Shown here: piece after piece, positions 20,605 to 29,923 of the stretch
Layout: each line of letters begins with the position of its first letter
How positions within the stretch are numbered: the first letter of the stretch is position 1
Origin: an uncultured Gammaproteobacteria bacterium
GTDB lineage: Bacteria > Pseudomonadota > Gammaproteobacteria > UBA9214
Assembly: GCA_963773065.1 (NCBI GenBank)
Contig: CAVYZN010000032.1
Span: 1-64,000 of the forward strand
DNA length: 64,000 nt
Direction: 5' to 3'
Notes under the pieces: model-generated
What the model saw: only the letters and a program-made list of their open reading frames with translations
Told to the model about the DNA's origin: nothing
Databases searched by the model: none
Program-made: the position numbers and the translations under genes

Positions 20605-20632
20605 CTGAAGCGCGCCTAACACAACGCTAACA
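20605..20632 (+). promoter_or_regulatory. Putative Pho-box-like 11-bp-period repeats
   Basis: CTGAAG 20605, CTAACA 20616, CTAACA 20627. Confidence 0.5.
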
Positions 20633-20691
20633 ATAGTCCTCCATCCTGCGCGTGAACGAAGGATATCAAACCATACAAAGCCGGAGGGTCT

Positions 20692-21690
20692 ATGTCAGTA
20701 ACACGCGGTAAAGCCATTGTCTCGTTTTCTTCCCTTGCGCTGCTGCTGAGCGCCCTGCAGCCCGCCGCCGCCCTGGCGAGGGACCAGATCCAGATCGTCG
20801 GCTCATCGACGGTCTACCCCTTTGCCACGATCGTCGCGGAGCGCTTCGGCAACAAGGGCAATTTCAAGACACCGGTCATCGAGAGCACCGGAACCGGCGG
20901 CGGCATGAAACTGTTCTGCCAGGGTGTGGGCGAGGGCAATCCGGATATCACCAACGCCTCGCGCGCGATCAAGGCATCGGAATGGGAGGATTGCCAGAAG
21001 AACGGTGTAAAAGACATCGTCGAGGTGACGATCGGCAACGATGGCATCGCCTTCGCCAATAGCGTCAAGGGCCCCAAGTTGAATCTGACCCGCAAGCAGC
21101 TCTGGATGGCGCTCGCCGAACACGGGCCGAAACCGAAAAACTGGAAAGAGATCGACCCGTCGCTGCCGAATGCGAAGATATCCGTGCTGATACCGCCGCC
21201 GACGTCGGGAACGCGCGATGCCTGGAACGCACTGGTCATGGAGAAGGGCTGCCCGGCCGAGGTAGCGGAAAAAGAAAAGAAGGATTGTGAGGTCATACGC
21301 GAAGACGGCGCCGCGATCGAAGCGGGTGAAAACGACACGCTGATCGTGCAGAAGCTGGAAGCCGATCCCAAGGCCTTCGGCATCTTCGGTTTCAGCTACC
21401 TGGAGAGCAACCAGGACAAGATCCAGGCGGCCGCCATCGAGGGCGTCAAGATCACCATCGACTCCATCCAGGACTACAGCTACCCGATTTCCCGGCCCCT
21501 GTTCTTCTACATCAAGAAGGCGCACATCGGCGTCATTCCCGGTCTGAAGGAGTATGTGGAGGAATTTGTCGGTGAAGATGCCATTGGCGATGAAGGCTAC
21601 CTGATCGATGCCGGCTTGGTGCCGCTGCCGCAAGCCAAGCGCGCCGCGGTGAGGGAGAACGCCAAGAACCTCACCCTCATGACAAAATAG
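20692..21690 (+). CDS. pstS: Phosphate ABC transporter substrate-binding protein
   Basis: IVGSSTVYPF, TGTGGGMK, SGTRD, YPISRPLFFY. Confidence 0.93.
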   Translation: MSVTRGKAIVSFSSLALLLSALQPAAALARDQIQIVGSSTVYPFATIVAERFGNKGNFKTPVIESTGTGGGMKLFCQGVGEGNPDITNASRAIKASEWEDCQKNGVKDIVEVTIGNDGIAFANSVKGPKLNLTRKQLWMALAEHGPKPKNWKEIDPSLPNAKISVLIPPPTSGTRDAWNALVMEKGCPAEVAEKEKKDCEVIREDGAAIEAGENDTLIVQKLEADPKAFGIFGFSYLESNQDKIQAAAIEGVKITIDSIQDYSYPISRPLFFYIKKAHIGVIPGLKEYVEEFVGEDAIGDEGYLIDAGLVPLPQAKRAAVRENAKNLTLMTK

Positions 21691-21718
21691 TTATTCGATT
21701 AAACTGTGGTTAATGCCG

Positions 21719-21754
21719 CGACCCCGTCGGCCCTGCGCAGGGCCGACGGGGTCG
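21719..21754. repeat. 36-bp perfect palindrome between pstS and pstC
   Basis: CGACCCCGTCGGCCCTGC|GCAGGGCCGACGGGGTCG. Confidence 0.85.
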
Positions 21755-21771
21755 TCTGACTTGCAGAGGTT

Positions 21772-23148
21772 ATGTTTCCCCACCTAGTCATCGTTTTTTT
21801 CATTCTGGTGCTGTCCTCGTGGCTACTCGGCCGGCGCAGAATCCGCGTTCCGCAACTGGCGGGAGGCCCGCGGCCGCGTTCGCGCGCCGTCTATCACGGT
21901 TTCTATAACGCCTTATGGTGCGCCCTGCCGATGCTGGCGATCGCGCTCGCCTGGCTGGCGGTGGAGCCATGGATCATCCGTCCGGCCATCCTGCATGCGC
22001 TTAGCTCCGGCAATGACCTGGCGGGCGCGAACGATGCCTTCCGCTTCGTTGAAATCAAGAACCTGGCCAATGGGGTTCTGCCGAGCGAATCCGTCGAGGA
22101 ACCGCTGCTGCAGGCGGTCGAGTACTACAAGCAGCTCAGCCGGCAATCCAGTGTCGCCTTGGCGGTGCTGCTGATCGGCTCCGGGCTGGCCGGTCTCGCC
22201 ATGGGATACAAGCGCATCCATCACGCCTTCCCGGCCCGCGAGAAAGTCGAGGTTTTTGTCAGGGTTTTTCTGGTTACCTGTTCATCGATCGCGATTCTGA
22301 CCACCATCAGCATTATCCTGGCGCTGCTCATGGAGACCCTGCGCTTTTTCCAGCATGTACCGCTGACGGACTTTCTCTTCGGCCTGCGGTGGAATCCGCA
22401 GATCGCCCTACGCGCCGATCAGGTCGGCAGTTCCGGCACCTTCGGCGCCGTGCCGCTGTTTACCGGGACCCTGCTGATCGCGCTGATCGCCATGCTGGTC
22501 GCCGTTCCGATCGGACTGTTCTCGGCCATCTACCTGGCGGAGTATGCGCGGCCCGCCGTGCGCCATCTCGCCAAGCCGCTGCTGGAGATCCTGGCCGGCA
22601 TACCGACCGTGGTCTACGGGTTCTTCGCCGCGTTGACGGTTGCGCCCCTGATCGTCAAATTCAGCGGCCTGCTCGGCCTGGAAGCCTCTTCAGAGAGCGC
22701 GCTGGCCGCCGGCCTGGTGATGGGGATCATGATCATTCCGTTCATCTCCTCGCTTTCAGATGACGTCATCACGGCCGTGCCCTACTCCTTGCGCGATGCC
22801 TCGCTGGCGCTGGGCGCGACGAAATCGGAGACCATCAGGAAAGTCCTCCTGCCCGCGGCCTTGCCGGGCATCGCGGGGGCCTTGCTGCTCGCCGTATCGC
22901 GCGCCATCGGCGAGACCATGATCGTCGTCATGGCCGCCGGACTGGCGGCCAACCTGACGGCCAATCCCCTGGAAAGCGTCACCACCGTGACGACCCAGAT
23001 CGTCACCAACCTGGTCGGCGACCAGGAATTCGACAACCCGAAGACGCTGGCGGCCTTCGCGCTCGGCCTGACGCTGTTCTTCATCACCCTGGCGCTGAAT
23101 TTTCTGGCGCTGCATATCGTCAGAAAATACCGCGAGCAATACGATTAG
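21772..23148 (+). CDS. pstC: Phosphate ABC permease
   Basis: LAGIPTVVYG, SRAIGETMIV. Confidence 0.93.
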   Translation: MFPHLVIVFFILVLSSWLLGRRRIRVPQLAGGPRPRSRAVYHGFYNALWCALPMLAIALAWLAVEPWIIRPAILHALSSGNDLAGANDAFRFVEIKNLANGVLPSESVEEPLLQAVEYYKQLSRQSSVALAVLLIGSGLAGLAMGYKRIHHAFPAREKVEVFVRVFLVTCSSIAILTTISIILALLMETLRFFQHVPLTDFLFGLRWNPQIALRADQVGSSGTFGAVPLFTGTLLIALIAMLVAVPIGLFSAIYLAEYARPAVRHLAKPLLEILAGIPTVVYGFFAALTVAPLIVKFSGLLGLEASSESALAAGLVMGIMIIPFISSLSDDVITAVPYSLRDASLALGATKSETIRKVLLPAALPGIAGALLLAVSRAIGETMIVVMAAGLAANLTANPLESVTTVTTQIVTNLVGDQEFDNPKTLAAFALGLTLFFITLALNFLALHIVRKYREQYD

Positions 23149-23159
23149 GAAGACCCGGA

Positions 23160-24422
23160 ATGTCTGTTAACCCTGACAATGTTCGCCGCCGCCTGTGGGC
23201 CGAACGGCGTTTCCACTCCTACGGGGTTCTAGCGTTGCTGATTGCGAGCAGCGCCCTGGTGTTTCTGCTCTGGACCATTGTGTCCACGGGTCATACGGCG
23301 TTTTACCGCACCCTACTAAGACTCGACCTGGATCTCGATCCCCAGCGGCTGGGCATTCAGACGCCGTACACCGAGGAAAATCTGAAGGATGGCCAGTATT
23401 ACACGGCCGTCAAGCGCGCCTTGTATGATTTGTTTCCCGAGGTGAGCGGACGCCCCGAGAAACGGGAACTCGCCAAGATACTCAGTCCGGGCGCCGAGCT
23501 CGACCTGCGGCAATACGTCCTGGAACATCCCGGGCAAATCGGGCAAACCCTGTCGATGGATCTGCCGGTCGCCGCGGATTTCGACCAGCTCTACAAGGGG
23601 AACCTGCCACGCACCGGCCAGGGTACCATGCTGAGCGAGGCGCAAATGAAGTGGTTCGACAGCCTCGCCGGTCGCGGGCTGATCGACTATCGTTTCAATC
23701 CCGGCTTTTTCTTCGGGTCCGATTCCCGCTACCCGGAACTGGCCGGAATCGGCGGCGCGATCGTCGGCTCCTTTTATTCATTGCTGGTGTGTTTTCTGCT
23801 GTCCTTTCCGATGGGTATCGCCGCGGCGCTGTATCTGGAGGAGTTTGCCGGGGACAACCGCCTGACCCGAATTATCGAAGCCAATATCAACAACCTCGCC
23901 GCGGTCCCGTCGGTCATCTTCGGACTGCTGGGGCTGGCGGTCCTGTTGAATTTCTTTGGGCTGCCGCGCGGGACGCCCCTGGTCGGCGGTATGGTGCTGG
24001 CCTTGATGATCCTGCCGACGATCATCATCGCCTGCCGTTCATCCATACGCGCCGTATCCCCGGGTATACGCCAGGGCGCCATGGCCTTAGGCGCGTCTCC
24101 CGTGCAGGTGGTTTTCCACCAGGTGCTTCCCGCCGCCATGCCGGGTACGCTGACCGGCGCGATCATCGGGCTGGCGCACGCGCTGGGAGAAACCGCGCCG
24201 CTGCTGATGATCGGCATGGTCGCGTTTATCGCCAGCGTACCCGCCACGCCCATGGATTCATCCGCCGGCCTGCCGGTGCAGATTTATCTGTGGGCCGAGA
24301 GCGCCGAGCGTGGCTTCGTCGAAAAGACGGCCGCGGCCATCATCGTGATCATGTCGTTTCTGATCCTGATGAATATCCTCGCCGTCATCATCCGCTCCAG
24401 AACACAGACCAAGGTAGAATAG
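23160..24422 (+). CDS. pstA: Phosphate ABC permease
   Basis: [22 protein letters not shown]. Confidence 0.93.
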   Translation: MSVNPDNVRRRLWAERRFHSYGVLALLIASSALVFLLWTIVSTGHTAFYRTLLRLDLDLDPQRLGIQTPYTEENLKDGQYYTAVKRALYDLFPEVSGRPEKRELAKILSPGAELDLRQYVLEHPGQIGQTLSMDLPVAADFDQLYKGNLPRTGQGTMLSEAQMKWFDSLAGRGLIDYRFNPGFFFGSDSRYPELAGIGGAIVGSFYSLLVCFLLSFPMGIAAALYLEEFAGDNRLTRIIEANINNLAAVPSVIFGLLGLAVLLNFFGLPRGTPLVGGMVLALMILPTIIIACRSSIRAVSPGIRQGAMALGASPVQVVFHQVLPAAMPGTLTGAIIGLAHALGETAPLLMIGMVAFIASVPATPMDSSAGLPVQIYLWAESAERGFVEKTAAAIIVIMSFLILMNILAVIIRSRTQTKVE

Positions 24423-24433
24423 AGGTTCAAGCC

Positions 24434-25279
24434 ATGAACAGGGCCTATTTCATGAACGATACGACGACGGTCAACGGAGTGCTGGACAAGGGTGATATCC
24501 TGACCACGATCCGCGCCGGCCACTCCCCCAAGGTGGCCGCTCGAAACGTCAACGTGTTCTACGGGGAGAAACAGGCGCTGATGGATGTCTCCATCGACAT
24601 CTACTGCCACCAGGTCACGGCGCTGATCGGACCCTCCGGCTGTGGCAAGACCACTTTCCTGCGCTGCCTCAACCGCATGAACGATGTGGTGGACGGCTGC
24701 CGGGTAAGCGGGACGATTCTGCTCGATGGCGGGGATATCTACGCGCCGCAGGTCGATGTCGTGTCGTTGCGCAGCCGGGTTGGGATGGTATTCCAGAAAC
24801 CCAATCCGTTTCCCAAGTCGATCTTCGATAACATCGCCTACGGCCCCAAGATCCATGGCCTGGCCGAGCATCGCACCGATCTGGAGGAGATCGTCGTCAA
24901 CAGCCTGCACAAGGCGGGATTGTTCGACGAGGTCAAGGATCGTCTGCACGATTCGGCCACGGGTCTTTCCGGCGGACAGCAGCAGCGCCTGTGTATAGCG
25001 CGCGCCATCGCCATCAACCCGGAGATCCTGTTGATGGACGAGCCCTGTTCGGCGCTCGATCCCATCGCCACCAGCCGGATCGAGGACCTGATGTGGGAGC
25101 TGAAGGAAAACTACTCCATCATCATCGTCACCCATTCCATGCAGCAGGCCGCGCGCGTATCGCAGCGTACCGGTTTTTTTCATCTCGGCTTCCTCGTGGA
25201 GGTTGGCAAAACCGAGCAGATATTCCAGAATCCGGTGGACGCGCGCACGCGTGACTACATCACCGGGCGCTTTGGCTGA
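24434..25279 (+). CDS. pstB: Phosphate ABC ATPase
   Basis: [33 protein letters not shown]; RBS AGAGG. Confidence 0.95.
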   Translation: MNRAYFMNDTTTVNGVLDKGDILTTIRAGHSPKVAARNVNVFYGEKQALMDVSIDIYCHQVTALIGPSGCGKTTFLRCLNRMNDVVDGCRVSGTILLDGGDIYAPQVDVVSLRSRVGMVFQKPNPFPKSIFDNIAYGPKIHGLAEHRTDLEEIVVNSLHKAGLFDEVKDRLHDSATGLSGGQQQRLCIARAIAINPEILLMDEPCSALDPIATSRIEDLMWELKENYSIIIVTHSMQQAARVSQRTGFFHLGFLVEVGKTEQIFQNPVDARTRDYITGRFG

Positions 25280-25300
25280 CGGAAATCCGGGAGAGTCGCC

Positions 25301-25984
25301 GTGACTATGCATTTTCAAAGGGAAATGGATCGCTTGAACCAGCATTTGGTCGCGATCGCCAAACGGGTCGAAGACCAGGTGAACACGGCATTCAATGCGG
25401 TCGTGCAGGTGGATGTGGCGGCCGCCAGAAGGGTGATCAAGGGCGACGCGGAAGTCGACAATGTCGAGGTGGAGATGGAGGAGGAGTGCCTGAAACTGCT
25501 GGCGCTCTACCAGCCGGTCGCCAATGACCTGCGCCTGATCGTGGCGGTGCTGAAGATCAACAATGACCTGGAACGCATCGGCGATCACGCCAAGAACATG
25601 GCCGAGGTCGTGCTGCACATGGCCGAAGGAGTACCCCTGAAAATCCCCGAGAGGATGCTCGTCATTTTTGAGAAGACCAAACTGATGCTGCGCAAGGTGC
25701 TGCTCGCTTTCGTGGAACTCGACCTCAAACTCGCGGAAGCCGTGCTGGCCATGGACGACGAGGTGGACGCCCTGTGTAAGTCCGAATTACCCCTGCAGAT
25801 CGAGTTGATGCAACACGAACCCAACCTCGTCGAGCAACGCATCATGCTGTTGTCGGTATGCCGCCAACTGGAACGCATCGGCGACCATGCCTCCAACATC
25901 GCGGAGGACATCGTCTACCTGCTGTCCGGCGAAATCATCCGGCACAGCATCAGCGGCTCCTTGTCTCGCGCCTCTTCCTGCTGA
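25301..25984 (+). CDS. phoU: Phosphate signalling protein PhoU
   Basis: QPVANDLR, two LERIGDH repeats. Confidence 0.95.
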   Translation: MTMHFQREMDRLNQHLVAIAKRVEDQVNTAFNAVVQVDVAAARRVIKGDAEVDNVEVEMEEECLKLLALYQPVANDLRLIVAVLKINNDLERIGDHAKNMAEVVLHMAEGVPLKIPERMLVIFEKTKLMLRKVLLAFVELDLKLAEAVLAMDDEVDALCKSELPLQIELMQHEPNLVEQRIMLLSVCRQLERIGDHASNIAEDIVYLLSGEIIRHSISGSLSRASSC

Positions 25985-26066
25985 ACGCCGCCGCCGGCCC
26001 CGGCGTAAGAGAAACGCCTGGCGGATTCCTGCCCGGCCTGAAGCGCGCGATCCTGTTCCGGCCGGG

Positions 26067-27017
26067 TCAGCCGGCGGTGCCGAAGGCTCCCTGACGATCG
26101 AAGTATTCAAGGATCAGCCCGACGGGGAGGTCGGCGCCGGAGATATACACCTCCTTATGGCCCGTTCGGCTCAGCAGGCAGTCGAGGAAGATCAGGCCGG
26201 ATAACACTTCGGCCATGTTGCCGCTGCTGTTCTTCAGCGCGTCGAATTCCGGTTGGAGCAGCCCCTGCACCTCATCGAGCTTGGCGGCCACCGCCGCCGC
26301 GGACAGGCTGGTTTCTCTGACGCGATCCTCGCTCAGGCCGGTGATGAACGCGGCGCAGGCCGTCGCCGACAGCGCGATGAGCTGCTCCGTCCCGTGGGCA
26401 GGCAGGCGGACATGCCGTTTCAGGAAATCCCGGTAGGTATCGGTGGCCTCGCCGATGCTGGATGCTTTCAGTATGAAGTCCTCGTAGGCTTTGACGTAGC
26501 CGGTATCGAGATAGATCGTGGTCGTAACGCCGGCGTCTGCCTGCCAGGCAACCTGGCAACTGTGACTGCGCAGTTTGCAGACCAGCCGGTTGGGTTTTCC
26601 CCGGGTCGCGGCGAGGTAGCCGAGCTCGCCTTCGCGTTGTGCGTCCGCGAGTTCCATCGCGATGTCGTTGGCCCGGCCGAGGGCAAGCAATTCCCGGGCA
26701 TCGGCCGCGCGTCCGACGGCCGCCGTGGCCGCCGCGATAATCCGGGTGACTCCGAGGTGGGTGGCACAACTGCGGAAATCGGCCAGCACCGCCCCGATTT
26801 CTGCCAGCTTCCCGGCGCCGATCCGGCCGTTGTTTCGGGCAATATGCACGCCCAGGTCCAGCGGCGCATGGCAGATGGGTTTGGTGACGATGCGATCGTC
26901 GAGCCGGTAGCCGCAAACCAGCGTGAAGACCCTGCTACCCATGTCGATGGCGCACACGGCGTCGGAATCGGCGACGGGAAGTTTGCGCAGCGGCTCGGTG
27001 ATTTCCAGATACGACAT
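26067..27017 (-). CDS. Ppx/GppA-family (ASKHA) protein, divergent
   Basis: AIDMGS, AATAAVG, REGELGY, DLPVGLI; second phosphate loop is altered. Confidence 0.65.
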   Translation of the reverse strand: MSYLEITEPLRKLPVADSDAVCAIDMGSRVFTLVCGYRLDDRIVTKPICHAPLDLGVHIARNNGRIGAGKLAEIGAVLADFRSCATHLGVTRIIAAATAAVGRAADARELLALGRANDIAMELADAQREGELGYLAATRGKPNRLVCKLRSHSCQVAWQADAGVTTTIYLDTGYVKAYEDFILKASSIGEATDTYRDFLKRHVRLPAHGTEQLIALSATACAAFITGLSEDRVRETSLSAAAVAAKLDEVQGLLQPEFDALKNSSGNMAEVLSGLIFLDCLLSRTGHKEVYISGADLPVGLILEYFDRQGAFGTAG

Positions 27018-27147
27018 GCACGGCCCTAGAAAATAGTTCAGGCTACCCGGCGATTGTTAGGCGATGATTAAACGCCTAAGCTTCCGCGTCCTGCTTACGC
27101 TGCTTGCCTACATCGTGTAGGCAAAGCTTCCGTATGACCCACAAGAT

Positions 27148-28251
27148 TCAGAGGCTCCCTAATTCAGAACGCTTTTCTAGGCGCTTTTGGCGGTTCGGTG
27201 TTGGCACTACCTTCGCGCCGTCCTCGACGGTGCGTTCATACCACGGACGGGTGGCGTTCACTATTCGCACCACCGACAGCATGACCGGCACCTCGACCAG
27301 CACACCCACGACCGTTGCCAGCGCCGCACCGGATTCCAGTCCGTACAGGCTGATGGCGGCCGCCACCGCCAGTTCGAAGAAATTGCTGGCGCCGATCAGC
27401 GCCGAAGGGGCCGCCACGCTGTGCGCGACACCCAGCCGGCGGTTGAGCAGATAGGCCAGCCCCGAGTTGAAATAGACCTGCACCAGGATGGGGATCGCCA
27501 GCAACAGGATGATCAAGGGCTGGTCGAGGATCTGTTTACCCTGGAAGCCAAACAGTAACACCAGTGTCGTGAGCAACGCCAACAGTGACAGCGGCTGCAG
27601 GCGGCGCAGCCGCCGCGATAGCCGCGCGACGCCGTGTTCATGCCGCAGCAGCCCGCGCCGCCACAGTCCGGCGACGATGACGGGCAGCACGATGTAGAGC
27701 ACGACCGACAGGACCAACGTGTCCCAGGGCACCTCGATCGAGGCCATGCCAAGCAACAGGGCGACGATCGGTGCAAAGGCGAACACCATGATGACATCGT
27801 TAAGCGCGACCTGCGACAGGGTGAAGCCGGGATGGCCGTTGCTCAGGTTGCTCCACACGAACACCATGGCGGTGCAGGGCGCGGCGGCGAGCAGTATCAG
27901 ACCGGCGATGTAACCATCGATCTGTTCCGCGGGCAGCCAGGCGGCGAACAGCACGCGAAGAAACAGCCAGCCCAGCAGGGCCATGGAAAATGGCTTGACA
28001 GCCCAGTTCACGAACAGGGTGACGCCAACGCCCTTCCAGTGCTTCCTGACTTCATGCAGGGCGTGAAAGTCGATCTTCAGCAGCATGGGCAGGATCATCA
28101 ACCAGACCAGGACGGCGACCGGCAGGTTGACCCGCGCGACCTCCATGGCGCCGATGACCTCGAACACGGGCGGAAACCAGCGCCCCAGCCCGATCCCGGC
28201 CACGATGCAGAAAAACACCCAGACACTCAGATAGCGTTCAAAGAAGCCCAT
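27148..28251 (-). CDS. acr3: ACR3-family arsenite efflux transporter
   Basis: MGFFERYLSVWV, AAAPCTAMVFVWS, GASNFFELAVA, LVEVPVML. Confidence 0.95.
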   Translation of the reverse strand: MGFFERYLSVWVFFCIVAGIGLGRWFPPVFEVIGAMEVARVNLPVAVLVWLMILPMLLKIDFHALHEVRKHWKGVGVTLFVNWAVKPFSMALLGWLFLRVLFAAWLPAEQIDGYIAGLILLAAAPCTAMVFVWSNLSNGHPGFTLSQVALNDVIMVFAFAPIVALLLGMASIEVPWDTLVLSVVLYIVLPVIVAGLWRRGLLRHEHGVARLSRRLRRLQPLSLLALLTTLVLLFGFQGKQILDQPLIILLLAIPILVQVYFNSGLAYLLNRRLGVAHSVAAPSALIGASNFFELAVAAAISLYGLESGAALATVVGVLVEVPVMLSVVRIVNATRPWYERTVEDGAKVVPTPNRQKRLEKRSELGSL

Positions 28252-28275
28252 ACTCTCTACTCATGTGTAACATTG

Positions 28276-28430
28276 TTCACCGCAGAGAGCAAATAGAGAT
28301 TTTTTTTAATTTAAAGAATTTTAGTATGGATTTGTTTTATTATGTTTTATTTTTTAGTTAATTTTTTAGTAGTTTTAAAAATTTGTTTTTGTATTGATAT
28401 TTTTTTTGAGTTATTTGCGACTGCGGTGAA
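28276..28430. repeat. MITE-like element with terminal inverted repeats and an AT-rich core
   Basis: TTCACCGCAG (28276-28285) / CTGCGGTGAA (28421-28430); inner GCAAATA/TATTTGC. Confidence 0.6.
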
Positions 28431-28440
28431 ATGATTTATT

Positions 28441-28848
28441 CTACAAACCCGCCAGCAACTCCTGCACGCGGCGTTTGATGTCGTCGCGGCTGGCGCGAAA
28501 CACCTGCATGACCTGCGCTTCGCCGCCGCTGGCCTTCGCCGGATCCTCCAGCGGCCAGTGCCGCTTGCGGGTACCGGAGGGCAATACCGGGCAGTGTTCG
28601 TCGGCATGACCGCAGACGGTGACGACCAGGTCGGCCCACGCCAGCATCTCGCCCGTCAGTGCCGTCGACTCCTGAGCCCCGATATCGACACCGGCCTCCT
28701 GCATCACGGCGATGGCGCGCGGGTTTTTGCCATGCGCCTCGATGCCGGCCGAACGGAACGCATGTTCCTCGCCGGCCAGATACCGTCCCCAGCCCTCGGC
28801 CATCTGGGAGCGGCAGGAATTGCCGGTGCAGAGGAAGAGAATGTTCAT
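28441..28848 (-). CDS. arsC: Thioredoxin-dependent arsenate reductase (LMW-PTP fold)
   Basis: CTGNSCRSQMAE, TVCGHADEHCP, DPA. Confidence 0.93.
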   Translation of the reverse strand: MNILFLCTGNSCRSQMAEGWGRYLAGEEHAFRSAGIEAHGKNPRAIAVMQEAGVDIGAQESTALTGEMLAWADLVVTVCGHADEHCPVLPSGTRKRHWPLEDPAKASGGEAQVMQVFRASRDDIKRRVQELLAGL

Positions 28849-29294
28849 TCCCTGATTTTCCAGCCCATGGAGTCGAGATTCGGCGCACAGCAGCCAAACA
28901 CCGCCGGTTCGCTGGTGTCATCGTCGAAGGTCGGAATCGGATACAGCGAGTGGAAGGCTTCCCAGGCGATGCCCTGCGGGTCCAGGGTCCAGTGCTTGTT
29001 GGAGCGTTCGTAGCAGCAGGCGGCCGCCTGCTGCGACTGGCCGGCGATGCCGGCCGTCGCCAGGCGCGCCTGTAATGCTTCCAGCTCCGCATCGGTGTCG
29101 GTCTGGATGCCGACGTGATCGAGGCCGGGGATGTGTCCGCGCGAGGTGATCACGAAATTGATGCGCGGGTCCTCCAGCGCCCACTTGATGTAATCATCCT
29201 TGACGCAGGTCGGCGCTGCGCCGAACAGCGCCGTATAAAACCGCGTGCTGACGCCGAGATCCTCGACAACGACATGCATATGAAAACGCGACAT
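28845..29294 (-). CDS. ArsI/CadI-family glyoxalase-like metalloenzyme
   Basis: MSRFHMHV, LDHVGIQ, ACCYERSNKHW..DPQGIAWEAF. Confidence 0.88.
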   Translation of the reverse strand: MSRFHMHVVVEDLGVSTRFYTALFGAAPTCVKDDYIKWALEDPRINFVITSRGHIPGLDHVGIQTDTDAELEALQARLATAGIAGQSQQAAACCYERSNKHWTLDPQGIAWEAFHSLYPIPTFDDDTSEPAVFGCCAPNLDSMGWKIRE

Positions 29295-29379
29295 GGACAA
29301 TGCTCCTAGATTCGTGAACCGGTATCCATGTACATCATACAGGCAGCGTTCCATGCCCTTTAGAGATGATCGTGGGAAC

Positions 29380-29733
29380 TCACGCGCAGCAGCGTGCGCC
29401 CGGGCGGTTCGGCATGCCGCGCAGCGCGGCATGGTCAGCCGCAAAGGGCGTCTCGCGCCGCACCCCGACGGCGGTGGCATCGATGACCGCCCGTGCCCAG
29501 TCGGGCAGGGCGGGATTCAACCGGTAATACACCCACTGACCGGCGCGGCGGTCGAGCACGATGCCTTCCTCGCGCAGGATGGCCAGGTGCCGCGAAATCT
29601 TGGGCTGGATGGTCTCCAGGGCATGGGTCAGTTCGCAGACGCATAACTCACCTTCGCGCTGCATGAGTAGGATCGCGCGCAGGCGCGTGGCGTCGGCCAG
29701 GGTGCGGAACAGGCTATCGGGTGTGAGAGTCAT
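29380..29733 (-). CDS. arsR: ArsR/SmtB repressor
   Basis: ELCVCEL, QPKISRHL, C-terminal CC. Confidence 0.93.
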   Translation of the reverse strand: MTLTPDSLFRTLADATRLRAILLMQREGELCVCELTHALETIQPKISRHLAILREEGIVLDRRAGQWVYYRLNPALPDWARAVIDATAVGVRRETPFAADHAALRGMPNRPGARCCA

Positions 29734-29739
29734 GCTGTA

Positions 29740-29762
29740 CATATACGACAATACGGATATAT
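29740..29762. promoter_or_regulatory. Putative ArsR operator (imperfect inverted repeat)
   Basis: ATATACG...CGGATAT immediately upstream of arsR. Confidence 0.45.
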
Positions 29763-29822
29763 GTTCAAGCATATATTTAATACGTCAAATGCTCTATCCC
29801 GTCATTCGCTCAAGGCCATCAG

Positions 29823-29903
29823 CACGACTGCAGGGATGCAGGAGATAAGAGATAGGGCAATGCAGGAGCAATTGCCGACGACTGCAGGGATGCACGACTA
29901 CAG
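29823..29903. repeat. Short intergenic repeat relic
   Basis: ACGACTGCAGGGATGCA occurs twice, around GCAATGCAGGAGCAATTGCC. Confidence 0.5.
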
Positions 29904-29923
29904 ATCAAACTAGGGTCAGGCCA

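Noticed and set aside
23651-24433. Long N-terminal extension of PstB
   Set aside because: Overlaps pstA out of frame; a proper RBS and ATG lie at 24434
29823-29903. Possible CRISPR array
   Set aside because: Only two and a half repeats, irregular spacing, no cas genes
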